Part shown: piece by piece, positions 12,038 to 20,913 of the stretch | Position numbering within the stretch: the first letter of the stretch is position 1 | Layout: every line of letters begins with the position of its first letter | Source of the DNA: Candidatus Marinacidobacterium sp. | GTDB taxonomy: Bacteria > Acidobacteriota > Vicinamibacteria > Marinacidobacterales > Marinacidobacteraceae | Assembly (NCBI GenBank): GCA_965220965.1 | Contig: OZ244852.1 | Span: 704,001 to 768,000, forward strand | Direction: 5' to 3' | Length of the DNA: 64,000 nt | Made by a program: the position numbers and the translations under genes | Notes under the pieces: model-generated | Told to the model about the DNA's origin: nothing | The model's input: only the letters and a program-made list of their open reading frames with translations | The model's database searches: none

Positions 12038-13474
12038 TCAGTCGGGAACGTCCTCCGCGACGGAGGCCGCCGCGGCGAGCAGATCGGCTTCCGCCCAGGG
12101 CGCTCCCATGAGCTGGACGCCGAAGGGCAGCCCCGCGCGGAGGCCCGCCGGAAGCGCGATCGCCGGCAGCGAGGCGAGCGCCGCCAGGATGTTGAACCGG
12201 TCGGCGCGGTACTCGGCGCCCGGCGGGTCGGGCTCGTCGAGTCGGCGGGGAGGCCGCGGGCTCACCGGGAGGAGGATGGCGTCCGACGAATCGAGCAGCC
12301 TCAGGAGGTCCTCGCGGGTCCGGCGGCGCGCCGCGCTGGCGGCCCCGTAGACCGCCTCCCGGTAGCCCTGGGACAGCACCGTGGCCCCCAGCAGGATGCG
12401 TCGCCGCACCTCGGTTCCGAAGCCGGCGCTGCGGCTCGCCCGGTAGGAACCGCGAAGCGTCCCGTCGGCCGCTTCGCGGCGCCCGTAGCGGATCCCGTCG
12501 AAACGCGAGAGATTCGAGCTCGCCTCGGCGCAGGCGATCAGGTAGTAGGCAGCGACGGCGCTGCCCGCATCGGGGAGCGGCGCGCGCCGCGTCCGGCTGC
12601 CCGCGGCCTCGAACCGGCGCACGGCGGCGAGGAACGCCTCGCGCGACGCCGGGTCCAGCGCTTCGAGGTCGGCGTCGGAAGCCACCGTGAGCACCTTCGG
12701 AACCCGTGGCCGGGCGGCGGCCCCGGCGAAATCCGGAACATCCCGCCGGGCGCTCGTCGCGTCCCTGGGGTCGGCGCCGGCGATGGCGGCCAGCACCGCC
12801 CCGAGATCTTCGGGGTCCGAAGCCAGCACCCCGACCTGGTCGAGCGACGACGCGTAGGCGGTGACGCCGAACCGGGAAACCCGGCCCCAGGTGGGGCGCA
12901 TTCCATAGAGGCCGCAGTGCGCGGCGGGCTGCCGGACCGAGCCGCCGGTGTCGGTGCCGAGCGCGGCGAATGCCGCCCCGCAAGCGACCGCCGCCGCCGA
13001 GCCGCCCGAGGAGCCGCCGGCCACCCGCTCGGGCGCCGCCGGGTTCTTCGTTGCGCCCCGGAATCCGCGGGTGGTCGACGAACCCATGCCGAATTCGTCG
13101 AGGTTCGTGGTCCCCACCACGGTCGCCCCCGCGGCCTTGAGCCGCGCGACGACGGTGGCGTCGAACGGGGCGCGATAGTCGTCGAGCAGCGCCGACCCGG
13201 AAGTCGACGGGAAGCCCTCGACCGCGATGTTGTCCTTGACCGCGACCGGAAGCCCGAACAGCGACCGACCGCGGCGTCCCTCCGGCGCCCGATCCATGGT
13301 CCGCGCCCGCGCCCGCGCGCCCTCCGGGTCGCGGTGGAGGAACGCCTGGACTTCCTCGGCGGCGGGGCCGCGCCCGAGCGCCAGTTGAAGCGCGGCCTCG
13401 GCCCCGATCTCCCCGCCGCGCAGCCGGGCGGACCGCCGCCGGCGCTCGCGCGCCGGGAGCAGCAGCGGGCTCAG
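12038..13474 (-). CDS. gatA: Glu/Asp-tRNA amidotransferase subunit A (amidase); start uncertain, probably CTG 13474
   Basis: PVAVKDN, NLDEFGMGSS, GGSSGGSAAAVA, GTDTGGSVRQPAA, EASSNLSRFDGIRYG, GFGTEVRRRILLG. Confidence 0.9.
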   Translation of the reverse strand: MSPLLLPARERRRRSARLRGGEIGAEAALQLALGRGPAAEEVQAFLHRDPEGARARARTMDRAPEGRRGRSLFGLPVAVKDNIAVEGFPSTSGSALLDDYRAPFDATVVARLKAAGATVVGTTNLDEFGMGSSTTRGFRGATKNPAAPERVAGGSSGGSAAAVACGAAFAALGTDTGGSVRQPAAHCGLYGMRPTWGRVSRFGVTAYASSLDQVGVLASDPEDLGAVLAAIAGADPRDATSARRDVPDFAGAAARPRVPKVLTVASDADLEALDPASREAFLAAVRRFEAAGSRTRRAPLPDAGSAVAAYYLIACAEASSNLSRFDGIRYGRREAADGTLRGSYRASRSAGFGTEVRRRILLGATVLSQGYREAVYGAASAARRRTREDLLRLLDSSDAILLPVSPRPPRRLDEPDPPGAEYRADRFNILAALASLPAIALPAGLRAGLPFGVQLMGAPWAEADLLAAAASVAEDVPD

Positions 13475-13770
13475 AGGACGCCGGGGACGCGGATCAACCG
13501 CCGGTCCCCGATCTCCGGGGCGAGGGCGCGGGTCGTCCCGATGGGGATGCCGGGTCCGGGTTCGTCCGCGCGCAGGGGGCACTCGGGAACATCCGTCTCC
13601 CTCTCCGCGCTCCCGGCCTCCGCCAGCCGCTTCACCTCGGTCGCGAACCCGGCGAGCGCCTCGTGCGCCCGGAGCAGCGCCTCGCGCTCGGCGGCCCCCG
13701 CGGGGGCGGCCAGCGCCGCCAGGTCGGCGATCCCGAGGAAATCGTCGTCCGTCAGGAAGGGGTCTGCCAT
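13471..13770 (-). CDS. gatC: Divergent GatC-like amidotransferase subunit C
   Basis: 99 aa, IADLAAL near N-terminus, PLRADEP and IRVPGVL at C-terminus; directly upstream of gatA. Confidence 0.7.
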   Translation of the reverse strand: MADPFLTDDDFLGIADLAALAAPAGAAEREALLRAHEALAGFATEVKRLAEAGSAERETDVPECPLRADEPGPGIPIGTTRALAPEIGDRRLIRVPGVL

Positions 13771-13903
13771 CGGGAAAGAAACCGCCGGGAGGGGGCCACG
13801 CCAGAGGCGGAAATCGCTGCGGCCCGGCCCGGACGTCCTGCCGGGCTCGTCTGGCCAGTATAGTCGGGGCGTGGCGGCGGGACGCTCGGGCGATGGGACG
13901 GCC

Positions 13904-15142
13904 ATGAGGGAGTCCGGGTCGGGGATGACAGCGGAATCCTTCGCATTCCCGGGGGAGTTCGAGCCGCAGCGGGCGCTCTGGATGGCCTGGCCCACCGGGG
14001 TCCACTGCCGGGGGTTCCCGATCGAGCCGCTGCTGCTCGACATCGTGCGCGCCGCGGCCGGGCGGGTCGTGTGCGAGCTGCTGGTGCAGGACGAGGACGA
14101 GGCCGCCGAAGTGCGGGACCGCCTGCGTCGGGAGGGAGTCCCGCCCGGGTCCGTCAGTCTGCGCGCCATCCCCCACGGCGACGTCTGGATGCGGGACATG
14201 GGGCCGATCTTCCTGCGCGGGGACCGCGGCGGCCTGCGGGTGGCCCATTTCGGCTTCAGCATGTGGGGCTACGCCACCGTGGAGCACCCGAGAGCCAGTC
14301 TGGACGCGGCGGTCGGTCCCGCGGTGGCTTCGGAGCTGGGAGTCGAGGTCGTTCCCTCACGACTCGTGGGGGAGGGGGGCGCCCGCGAGTTCAACGGAGC
14401 GGGGGTCATGCTCGCGGTGGAAGCGGTCGAGACCCAGCGAAATCCCGGATGGACGCTCAAGGCGATCGAGGCCGAGTTCCGCCGGGTGTTCGGACTGAGC
14501 CAGGTCATCTGGCTGGCGCGGGGAGTGGTCGAGGACGACCAGACCTTCGACGGGCCGATCCCGGGCGGCGCGTACACCTCGCTGGCCACCGGCGGGCACA
14601 CCGACGAGTTCGTCCGCTTCGCCGATCCACGCACCATCCTGCTGGCCGAAGTCACCCGCGAGGAGGCCCGCCGGGACGAGGTCGCGGCGCTCAACCGGGA
14701 GCGTCTCGAAGAGAGCTTCCGGCGGTTGTCGGCGGCGCGCGACGCCGCCGGGAGGCCGTTCCGGATCCTGCGGGTTCCGACGCCGGATCTGCGGGTCCAC
14801 CCGATGGGTCGGGGCGACCCGGTCTTCGCGCGGATCCGGGAGCTCGATTTCGCGGACGGTCGGCGCATCGGGGAGGACGAGGTCCTCCAGGTGGCGGCCG
14901 CCGCGAGCTACCTGAACCTTCAGGTCACGAACGGGCTGGTGATCACCGCCCGCTACACCGGGCCGGAGAGCCCGGCGGCCGAGCGGGAGAAGGAGGAAGC
15001 GGCGTTTCGAACGCTTCGGGCCGCATTCCCCGGCCGGAAGCTCGTCGCCCTCGACGCCATGGCGGTGAACCTGGGGGGAGGCGGGATCCACTGCATGCTC
15101 CAGCAGGAGCCGGCCCGGGTCGCGGCCGGCCCGCCGTCCTGA
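13904..15142 (+). CDS. aguA: Agmatine deiminase family protein
   Basis: PGEFEPQ, WMRDMGP, EGG, RNP, GGHTDEF, ASYLN, catalytic GGGGIHC. Alternative start ATG 13925. Confidence 0.88.
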   Translation: MRESGSGMTAESFAFPGEFEPQRALWMAWPTGVHCRGFPIEPLLLDIVRAAAGRVVCELLVQDEDEAAEVRDRLRREGVPPGSVSLRAIPHGDVWMRDMGPIFLRGDRGGLRVAHFGFSMWGYATVEHPRASLDAAVGPAVASELGVEVVPSRLVGEGGAREFNGAGVMLAVEAVETQRNPGWTLKAIEAEFRRVFGLSQVIWLARGVVEDDQTFDGPIPGGAYTSLATGGHTDEFVRFADPRTILLAEVTREEARRDEVAALNRERLEESFRRLSAARDAAGRPFRILRVPTPDLRVHPMGRGDPVFARIRELDFADGRRIGEDEVLQVAAAASYLNLQVTNGLVITARYTGPESPAAEREKEEAAFRTLRAAFPGRKLVALDAMAVNLGGGGIHCMLQQEPARVAAGPPS

Positions 15143-15155
15143 GGGCCCGCCAGCC

Positions 15156-16541
15156 GTGGCGGGCGAGGCGGGAGGTTGGGGCGCGCTCAGCCTGATTCCC
15201 AGCCTGACCGTCTTCGGTCTGGCGGTCTGGAGCCGGCGGCCGCTCGAGGCCCTGATCGCCGGATCGCTGCTGGGCCACATCCTGCTGTCGGGCGCCGGCT
15301 TTCCGGCCGCCTTCCTGACGAACCTGCAGGCGGTGATCGCCGAGCCCACCAGCGTCTGGATCGTGCTGGTCGTCGCGCTGTTCGGAGCGCTCATCGGCGT
15401 CATCGCGCGCTCCGGCGGCGCCGCCGCGTTCGGGAGAGCGCTGTCGCGACGGGTGAGAACCGCGCGAGGGCTCCAGCTCTCCGCCTGCGGCCTGGGCGTC
15501 CTGACGTTCGTGGACGACTATCTGAACGCGCTCGCGGTCGGCGCCGCGTTCCGGGGCGCGGCGGATCGGGTCGGCGTGTCGCGGCCCCGGCTCGCCTATC
15601 TGGTGGACTCGACGGCCGCCCCGATCTGCGTTCTGGTTCCCGCATCGACCTGGGCGGTGTTCGTGGCGGGCCTGTTCGAGTCGAACGGGGTGGCGGAAGC
15701 GGGGGGCGGGGGCGCTCTCTATCTCTCGATCCTTCCGTTCCTGCTCTACCCGTGGCTCGCGCTCGGGCTGGTGCTCGCGTTCGCCGCCGGCCTGGTCCCG
15801 GCGCTTGGCCCGATGCGCGCGGCCGTCGGCCCGAAGCAGGGGGCGACCTCATCCGTCCGGGCCCCAGCGCTCGATGAAGGGCTCGAAGCGGAGACCGCCG
15901 GGGCGGCGCGACATCCGGCGCTGCTGCCCTGGTCGTTCCTGATCCCGATCCTCGCCCTGCCGGCGGCGACCCTCGTCTTCGGAGGGGACGCGCTCTACGG
16001 GGTCTCCTTCGCGATCGCGCTGGCGCTCGGGCTGGCGCTGCTGTCGGGCCCGCGAGGGACTCTGGGTCCGCTCGCGGAGGGCGCCGTCCTCGGGATGGAG
16101 AAGATGGTCTATCCGCTGGGGATCGTCCTCGTCTCCTTCGTGCTGCGCGACGTCAACGCCGATCTGGGTCTCACTGAGTTCGTTCTCGAGTCGGTGCGTC
16201 CGGTGGCGTCCGCGTGGATGCTGCCCGCGCTGGTGTTCGTCGCGCTGTCGCTGGTGTGTTTCGCCTCCGGCTCGTTCTGGGGCGCGTACGCAGTGAGCCT
16301 GCCGGTGGTGCTGGGACTCGCGGTCGAACTCCAGGCCCCGCTTCCGCTGACGCTCGGCGCCCTGGTCTCGGCCGGGGCCTTCGGGTCGCACGCCTGCTTC
16401 TACGGCGACGCCACCGTCCTCGCCGCCAGGAGCGCCGGATGCCCTATCCTGGACCACGCCCGGACGCAGCTTCCCTATGCGCTGATCGCGGCCGCCTTCG
16501 CCTTCGTCGGCTTTCTCGCGCTCGGCTGGGTCCTGGCCTAG
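15156..16541 (+). CDS. NhaC-family membrane transporter
   Basis: FVDDYLN, LAYLVDSTAAP, FASGSFWG, GAFGSHACFYGDATVL, HARTQLPYAL. Confidence 0.8.
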   Translation: MAGEAGGWGALSLIPSLTVFGLAVWSRRPLEALIAGSLLGHILLSGAGFPAAFLTNLQAVIAEPTSVWIVLVVALFGALIGVIARSGGAAAFGRALSRRVRTARGLQLSACGLGVLTFVDDYLNALAVGAAFRGAADRVGVSRPRLAYLVDSTAAPICVLVPASTWAVFVAGLFESNGVAEAGGGGALYLSILPFLLYPWLALGLVLAFAAGLVPALGPMRAAVGPKQGATSSVRAPALDEGLEAETAGAARHPALLPWSFLIPILALPAATLVFGGDALYGVSFAIALALGLALLSGPRGTLGPLAEGAVLGMEKMVYPLGIVLVSFVLRDVNADLGLTEFVLESVRPVASAWMLPALVFVALSLVCFASGSFWGAYAVSLPVVLGLAVELQAPLPLTLGALVSAGAFGSHACFYGDATVLAARSAGCPILDHARTQLPYALIAAAFAFVGFLALGWVLA

Positions 16542-16594
16542 CGGTGACCGGCTCCTGAGAGGCGGGCGGCGCGCCGGCTAATCTTTCCGGCGCC

Positions 16595-17458
16595 ATGGCC
16601 ACCGTTCGACTCGGACTCATCCAGCGGGCCGTGGAGCCGGACCGCGACGCGGCGCAGGCCGCGACGCTCGCCGCGGTGCGCGAAGCCGCCGCCGGGGGCG
16701 CCAACATCGTCTGCCTCCCCGAGCTCTACGACGTCCCCTACTTCCCGAGGGAAAAGACCGTTCGCCTCTGCCGGCTGGCCGAAGAACAGCCCTCCGCGCG
16801 GGCGATGGAGCTCGGACGGCTCGCCGGCGAGCTGGGTGTGGTGGTGGTCGTCCCGCTCTTCGAGCAGGCGGCCCCGGGCGTCGCCTTCAACTCCGCGCTG
16901 GTCTACGACGCCGATGGCTCGCTTCTCGGCCGCTACCGGAAGAACCACATCCCCGACGGGCCCGGCTACAACGAGAAGTACTACTTCACTCCCGGCGACC
17001 TCGGGTTCCCGGTGTTCGAGACCGCCTTCGGCCGGGTCGGCGTGGGGATCTGCTGGGACCAGTGGTTCCCCGAGACCGCGCGGTGCCTGGCGCTCGGCGG
17101 CGCCGAGATCCTGCTGTTCCCCACCGCGATCGGGACGGAACCGGAACGCCCCGACTACTCCTCGGAGGACGCCTGGCGCACCGTGATGCGCGGCCACGCC
17201 ATCTCGAACGGCCTCTTCCTCGGCGCCGTGAACCGGGTGGGGGTCGAGGGCGGGACGACCTTCTACGGTGGAAGCTTCATCGCGGACCCATTCGGCGAGA
17301 CGCTCGCCCAGGCGGGAAGCGACCCCGCGATCCTCCTCGCCGACCTCGACCTGCGCCGGATCGGGGAGCTGCGCGAGCTGCAGCACTTCTTCCGGGACCG
17401 CCGGATCGAGGCCTACGAACGCCTCAAGCGAATCACGCCCGGCCCGGACCCCGCTTGA
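16595..17458 (+). CDS. aguB: N-carbamoylputrescine amidase (nitrilase superfamily)
   Basis: PEL, YRKNHIPDGPGYNEKYYF, ICWDQWFPE, PTAIG, FYGGSFI. Confidence 0.9.
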   Translation: MATVRLGLIQRAVEPDRDAAQAATLAAVREAAAGGANIVCLPELYDVPYFPREKTVRLCRLAEEQPSARAMELGRLAGELGVVVVVPLFEQAAPGVAFNSALVYDADGSLLGRYRKNHIPDGPGYNEKYYFTPGDLGFPVFETAFGRVGVGICWDQWFPETARCLALGGAEILLFPTAIGTEPERPDYSSEDAWRTVMRGHAISNGLFLGAVNRVGVEGGTTFYGGSFIADPFGETLAQAGSDPAILLADLDLRRIGELRELQHFFRDRRIEAYERLKRITPGPDPA

Positions 17459-18261
17459 GCGGCGGGGATCTCCCGCCCTCGACGGGCGGACGCCGGAGCG
17501 CCTCCGGCGAGGCGGCGCCCGCGCCGGAGGCGACCAGGGAAAGGGTCTTCCTCACGCTCGGGGCGGTGTTCCTGGCTGCGCTCGTGTCGTGCAACCTGAT
17601 CTTCCGCAAGTTCTTCTTCTGGGAAGTCCCCGCGCTCGGGTGGCTGGGGCTGAACCCGCGGATGGAGCTCTCGGTGGGGATCCTGGCCTATCCGGTGACC
17701 TTCATCTGCACCGATGTCCTCTCCGAGTTCTTCGGCCGTCGCCGGGTGAGCCAGCTCGTCACCGCCGGGTTCTTCGCGAGCGCCTTCGTGGTCGCGCTGG
17801 TGGCGGTCTCGAACGCTGTCCCGGCGACCGACTGGAGCGTGCTCGACGACGCCGCCTTCGATCTGGCGTTCGGGATCCAGGGGGTCGCGGTGGCCGCGTC
17901 CATGGGGGCCTATCTGGGGGCGCAGTACCTCGACATCCGCCTGTTCCACTTCTGGAAACGGCTGACCGAGGGCCGCCACCTCTGGCTGCGGAACAACGCC
18001 TCCACGTTCACCTCGCAGCTTGTGGACACGATCCTGGTGACCGTGCTGCTCTCGGTGCTGGGCGCCTCGGAGATCACCCCCGCGCGCCTGCCGGAGCTCA
18101 TCCTGAACGGGGTGATCTTCAAGTGGATCGTGGCGATCGTGGACACCCCGCTGGTCTACGGCGTCGTCTGGTTCCTCCGGACCCGCCTCGGCCTCCGCGA
18201 GCACCCGATCGCGCCGCGGTCTCCCCGGACCGGCGCCCCCTCAGCGGCGGTTGACAGCTAG
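17455..18261 (+). CDS. Queuosine precursor transporter (YhhQ/VUT family)
   Basis: YPVTFICTDVLSEFFG, AQYLDI, LWLRNNASTFTSQLVDT, AIVDTP; TTG 17455 overlaps the aguB stop. Confidence 0.85.
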   Translation: MSGGDLPPSTGGRRSASGEAAPAPEATRERVFLTLGAVFLAALVSCNLIFRKFFFWEVPALGWLGLNPRMELSVGILAYPVTFICTDVLSEFFGRRRVSQLVTAGFFASAFVVALVAVSNAVPATDWSVLDDAAFDLAFGIQGVAVAASMGAYLGAQYLDIRLFHFWKRLTEGRHLWLRNNASTFTSQLVDTILVTVLLSVLGASEITPARLPELILNGVIFKWIVAIVDTPLVYGVVWFLRTRLGLREHPIAPRSPRTGAPSAAVDS

Positions 18262-18272
18262 AGCGGAGCGGA

Positions 18273-19256
18273 TCAGACCGCCGCCGGCTGGCGAGTCCGC
18301 CCGGCGGCCGCGAGGATCGCATCGCAGGTCGCCTCGAGCCCCTCGGCGAGCGGGATGCGCGGCCTCCAGCCGAGACGCTGCAGGCGCGAGGTGTCCACCG
18401 CGTAGCGCACATCGTGGCCGGGTCGGTCCCCGACGTGTTCGATCCGGCCGCGTCGCCCGGTGTGGCGCGCCGCCAGGTCCAGCAGCCGGTTCGCCATGTC
18501 CAGGTTCCGGCGCCGGTCGCCGCTCCCGACGTTGTAGATCGCTCCCGGCCTCCCCGCCTCGAGGATGTGCTCGAGCGCCGAGCAGTGATCGTCCACGTGG
18601 AGCCACTCGCGGACCTGGAGGCCGTGGCCGTAGACCGGGAGCGGCTCTCCCGAGAGCGCGCGCGTCAGGAACGCGGGGACCATCTTCTCGGGGTGCTGCC
18701 GCGGGCCGTAGGTATTCGTGCCCCGGCTGATCAGGACCGGAAGCCGGTGGGTGGCGCGGTAGGCGAGGCAGAGCAGGTCCGCGCTCGCCTTGCTGGCGGC
18801 GTAGGGGTTCGTCGGGGCGAGCGGCGCCGTTTCGCTGGCCTCGCCGCTGCTCAGCGGGCCGTAGACCTCGTCCGTCGAGACCTGGAGAAACGCCCGGCCG
18901 CGCTGCGCCCGCCGGAAGGCCTCGAGCAGGACGGTGGTCCCCAGCGTGTCGGTCCGGGCGAACGCCTCGCCGTCCTCGATGGCGCGGTCGACATGGGTCT
19001 CGGCGGCCAGATTGATCACATAGTCCGCCCGGGCCACGAGCGGGAACACCGTGTCCCGGTCGCAGATGTCGCCGGGGACGAACTCGTGGCGAGGGTTGTC
19101 CAGCGCGGACCCCAGGTTCTCGAGCGATCCGGCGTAGGTGAGCTTGTCGAGCGTGATGACCCGGCGATCCGGAAACCGCCGAAGCAGGCGGTCCACGAAG
19201 TGGCTCCCGATGAAGCCGGCGCCGCCAGCGACGAGGAAGGTGAGGGACGCGGGCAC
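18273..19256 (-). CDS. rfbB: dTDP-glucose 4,6-dehydratase
   Basis: GGAGFIGS, DKLTYAG, AAETHVDR, STDEVYG, YAASK, VREWLHVDDHC, DRPGHDVRY. Confidence 0.93.
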   Translation of the reverse strand: MPASLTFLVAGGAGFIGSHFVDRLLRRFPDRRVITLDKLTYAGSLENLGSALDNPRHEFVPGDICDRDTVFPLVARADYVINLAAETHVDRAIEDGEAFARTDTLGTTVLLEAFRRAQRGRAFLQVSTDEVYGPLSSGEASETAPLAPTNPYAASKASADLLCLAYRATHRLPVLISRGTNTYGPRQHPEKMVPAFLTRALSGEPLPVYGHGLQVREWLHVDDHCSALEHILEAGRPGAIYNVGSGDRRRNLDMANRLLDLAARHTGRRGRIEHVGDRPGHDVRYAVDTSRLQRLGWRPRIPLAEGLEATCDAILAAAGRTRQPAAV

Positions 19257-19294
19257 GGGAGCGCCAGATTCTAGGGGTGGACGCCCCGAAAGCC

Positions 19295-20305
19295 TCAGGG
19301 AATGCGCAGCGCGATCTTGCCGAAGTGGCCGCCCCGCTCCATGAGGTCCAGCGCGGCGGGCAGTTCGTCGAGCGGGAAGACCCGGTCCACCACCGGGCGG
19401 AGCGAGCGCTTCTCCACGAAGGCGACGAGGTCCCGTAGCGCGCGGCGGCAGTCGGTCATGACGCCGGCGATGCGAATACGCCGCATCACCGCGGGCGCGA
19501 ACTCGACCGGGGCGGCGAGCCCGGTGAGGGCGCCCAGGAGCGCGACCGTCCCTCCGGCGGCGGTCGCCCGCAGCGACTGGCTGAGCGTCCCCGCGCCGCC
19601 GTTCTCGACGACCAGATCCGCTCCGGCGCCTCCGGTCAGCGTCCGCACCGTCCGGTCCCAGTCCGCGTCCTCGATGCGGTGGATCCCGTGGTCGGCGCCG
19701 AGCTGTTTCGCGCGCTCCAGCTTCTGGCCCGAGGAGGAGGTGATGATCACGCGGGCGCCGAGCGCCTTGCCGAGCTGGAGAGCGAAGACCGAGACGCCTC
19801 CCGTCCCGAGCGTCAGGACCGTCTCGCCCTCCCGCACCGGGCCCTCGGTCACCAGCGCGCTCCACGCGGTGAGCGCGGCGATCGGCAGCGTGGACGCCTC
19901 CTCGTGGCTCCAGCCCGCCGGGGCCCTGACGACCGCCGCCTCCGGGAGCGCGACCTGCTCCTGTCCCATCCCGGGGCCGGGCCCGCCGAGCGTGGCCCGC
20001 GCATACTCGCGCCGGAAGCGTCCGTCTTCCCACCCCACGACCGGATGGGTGATCACGCGGTCCCCGGGGCCAAACCCCCGGACCTCCTCACCCACGGCGA
20101 CGACCTCCCCGGCGCCGTCGCTGACCGGGACCTGGGGCAGGGGAAGGCGGGGGTTGTAGCGCCCCGAGAGGATCAGGAGATCCCGGTAGTTCAGCGAGGC
20201 GGCGCCCAGCCGCACCACGACCTCGCCGGGCCCGGGACGGGGCGGATCCACCTCCTCGAGGCGGAGGTTCTCGCCTCCGAAACGGTCGAACGCCCAGCGC
20301 TTCAC
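19295..20305 (-). CDS. NAD(P)-dependent medium-chain dehydrogenase/reductase (Zn-independent type)
   Basis: SLNYRD, PVSDGAGEV, GTGGVS, GHFGKI; GTG start 20305. Confidence 0.88.
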   Translation of the reverse strand: MKRWAFDRFGGENLRLEEVDPPRPGPGEVVVRLGAASLNYRDLLILSGRYNPRLPLPQVPVSDGAGEVVAVGEEVRGFGPGDRVITHPVVGWEDGRFRREYARATLGGPGPGMGQEQVALPEAAVVRAPAGWSHEEASTLPIAALTAWSALVTEGPVREGETVLTLGTGGVSVFALQLGKALGARVIITSSSGQKLERAKQLGADHGIHRIEDADWDRTVRTLTGGAGADLVVENGGAGTLSQSLRATAAGGTVALLGALTGLAAPVEFAPAVMRRIRIAGVMTDCRRALRDLVAFVEKRSLRPVVDRVFPLDELPAALDLMERGGHFGKIALRIP

Positions 20306-20395
20306 AGCGCAAATCCTAAGGCGGTTTCGTTGCGGCGCCCGGGGGCGCCGCCACGGCGTCATATCGCCTTCAGGCTGCTACAGTGTCGGATTCGT

Positions 20396-20851
20396 ATGCC
20401 CGAAGGCACGCTGTTCGACCGGATCATCCGCGGCGACATCCCCAGCCACCGGGTCTACGAGGACGATCTGGTGTTCGCATTCCTGGATATCGCGCCGCTC
20501 TCCGCGGGTCACCTGCTCGTCGTGCCGAAGGAGAGCCGGGCGACGCTGGGAGAGCTCTCCGACGAGTCGGCGGCGGCGGTCGGCCGGGCGCTCCCCCGGA
20601 TCTGCCGCGCCGCGGCCGCGGCGGCCGGGACCCCGCACTCCAACGTGCTCCAGAACAACGGCGCGCCCGCCGGACAGACCGTGCCGCATGTCCACTTCCA
20701 TGTGATTCCCCGCGCCGGCGGCGCGAGCGGCCCCGGTTCCGGACTCGCGACGAACTGGCGACCGGGCTCGCTGGGCGCCGCGGACGGCGAGCGGATCGCG
20801 GCGGCGATCCGGGAGGCGCTCGCCGCAGAAGGGGAGGCCGACCGCGCCTGA
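20396..20851 (+). CDS. HIT family nucleotide hydrolase
   Basis: AFLDIAP, GHLLVVPK, GQTVPHVHFHVIPR histidine triad. Confidence 0.93.
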   Translation: MPEGTLFDRIIRGDIPSHRVYEDDLVFAFLDIAPLSAGHLLVVPKESRATLGELSDESAAAVGRALPRICRAAAAAAGTPHSNVLQNNGAPAGQTVPHVHFHVIPRAGGASGPGSGLATNWRPGSLGAADGERIAAAIREALAAEGEADRA

Positions 20852-20913
20852 GGGCCCGGCGGCCGCGCAAGCGAACCCACGGAGCCTTCGAGGGCCGACC
20901 CGAAACCCCCGAC

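Noticed and set aside
18273-19256. rfbB as the marker of a polysaccharide locus
   Set aside because: It stands alone, with no rfbA/C/D or glycosyltransferases nearby.
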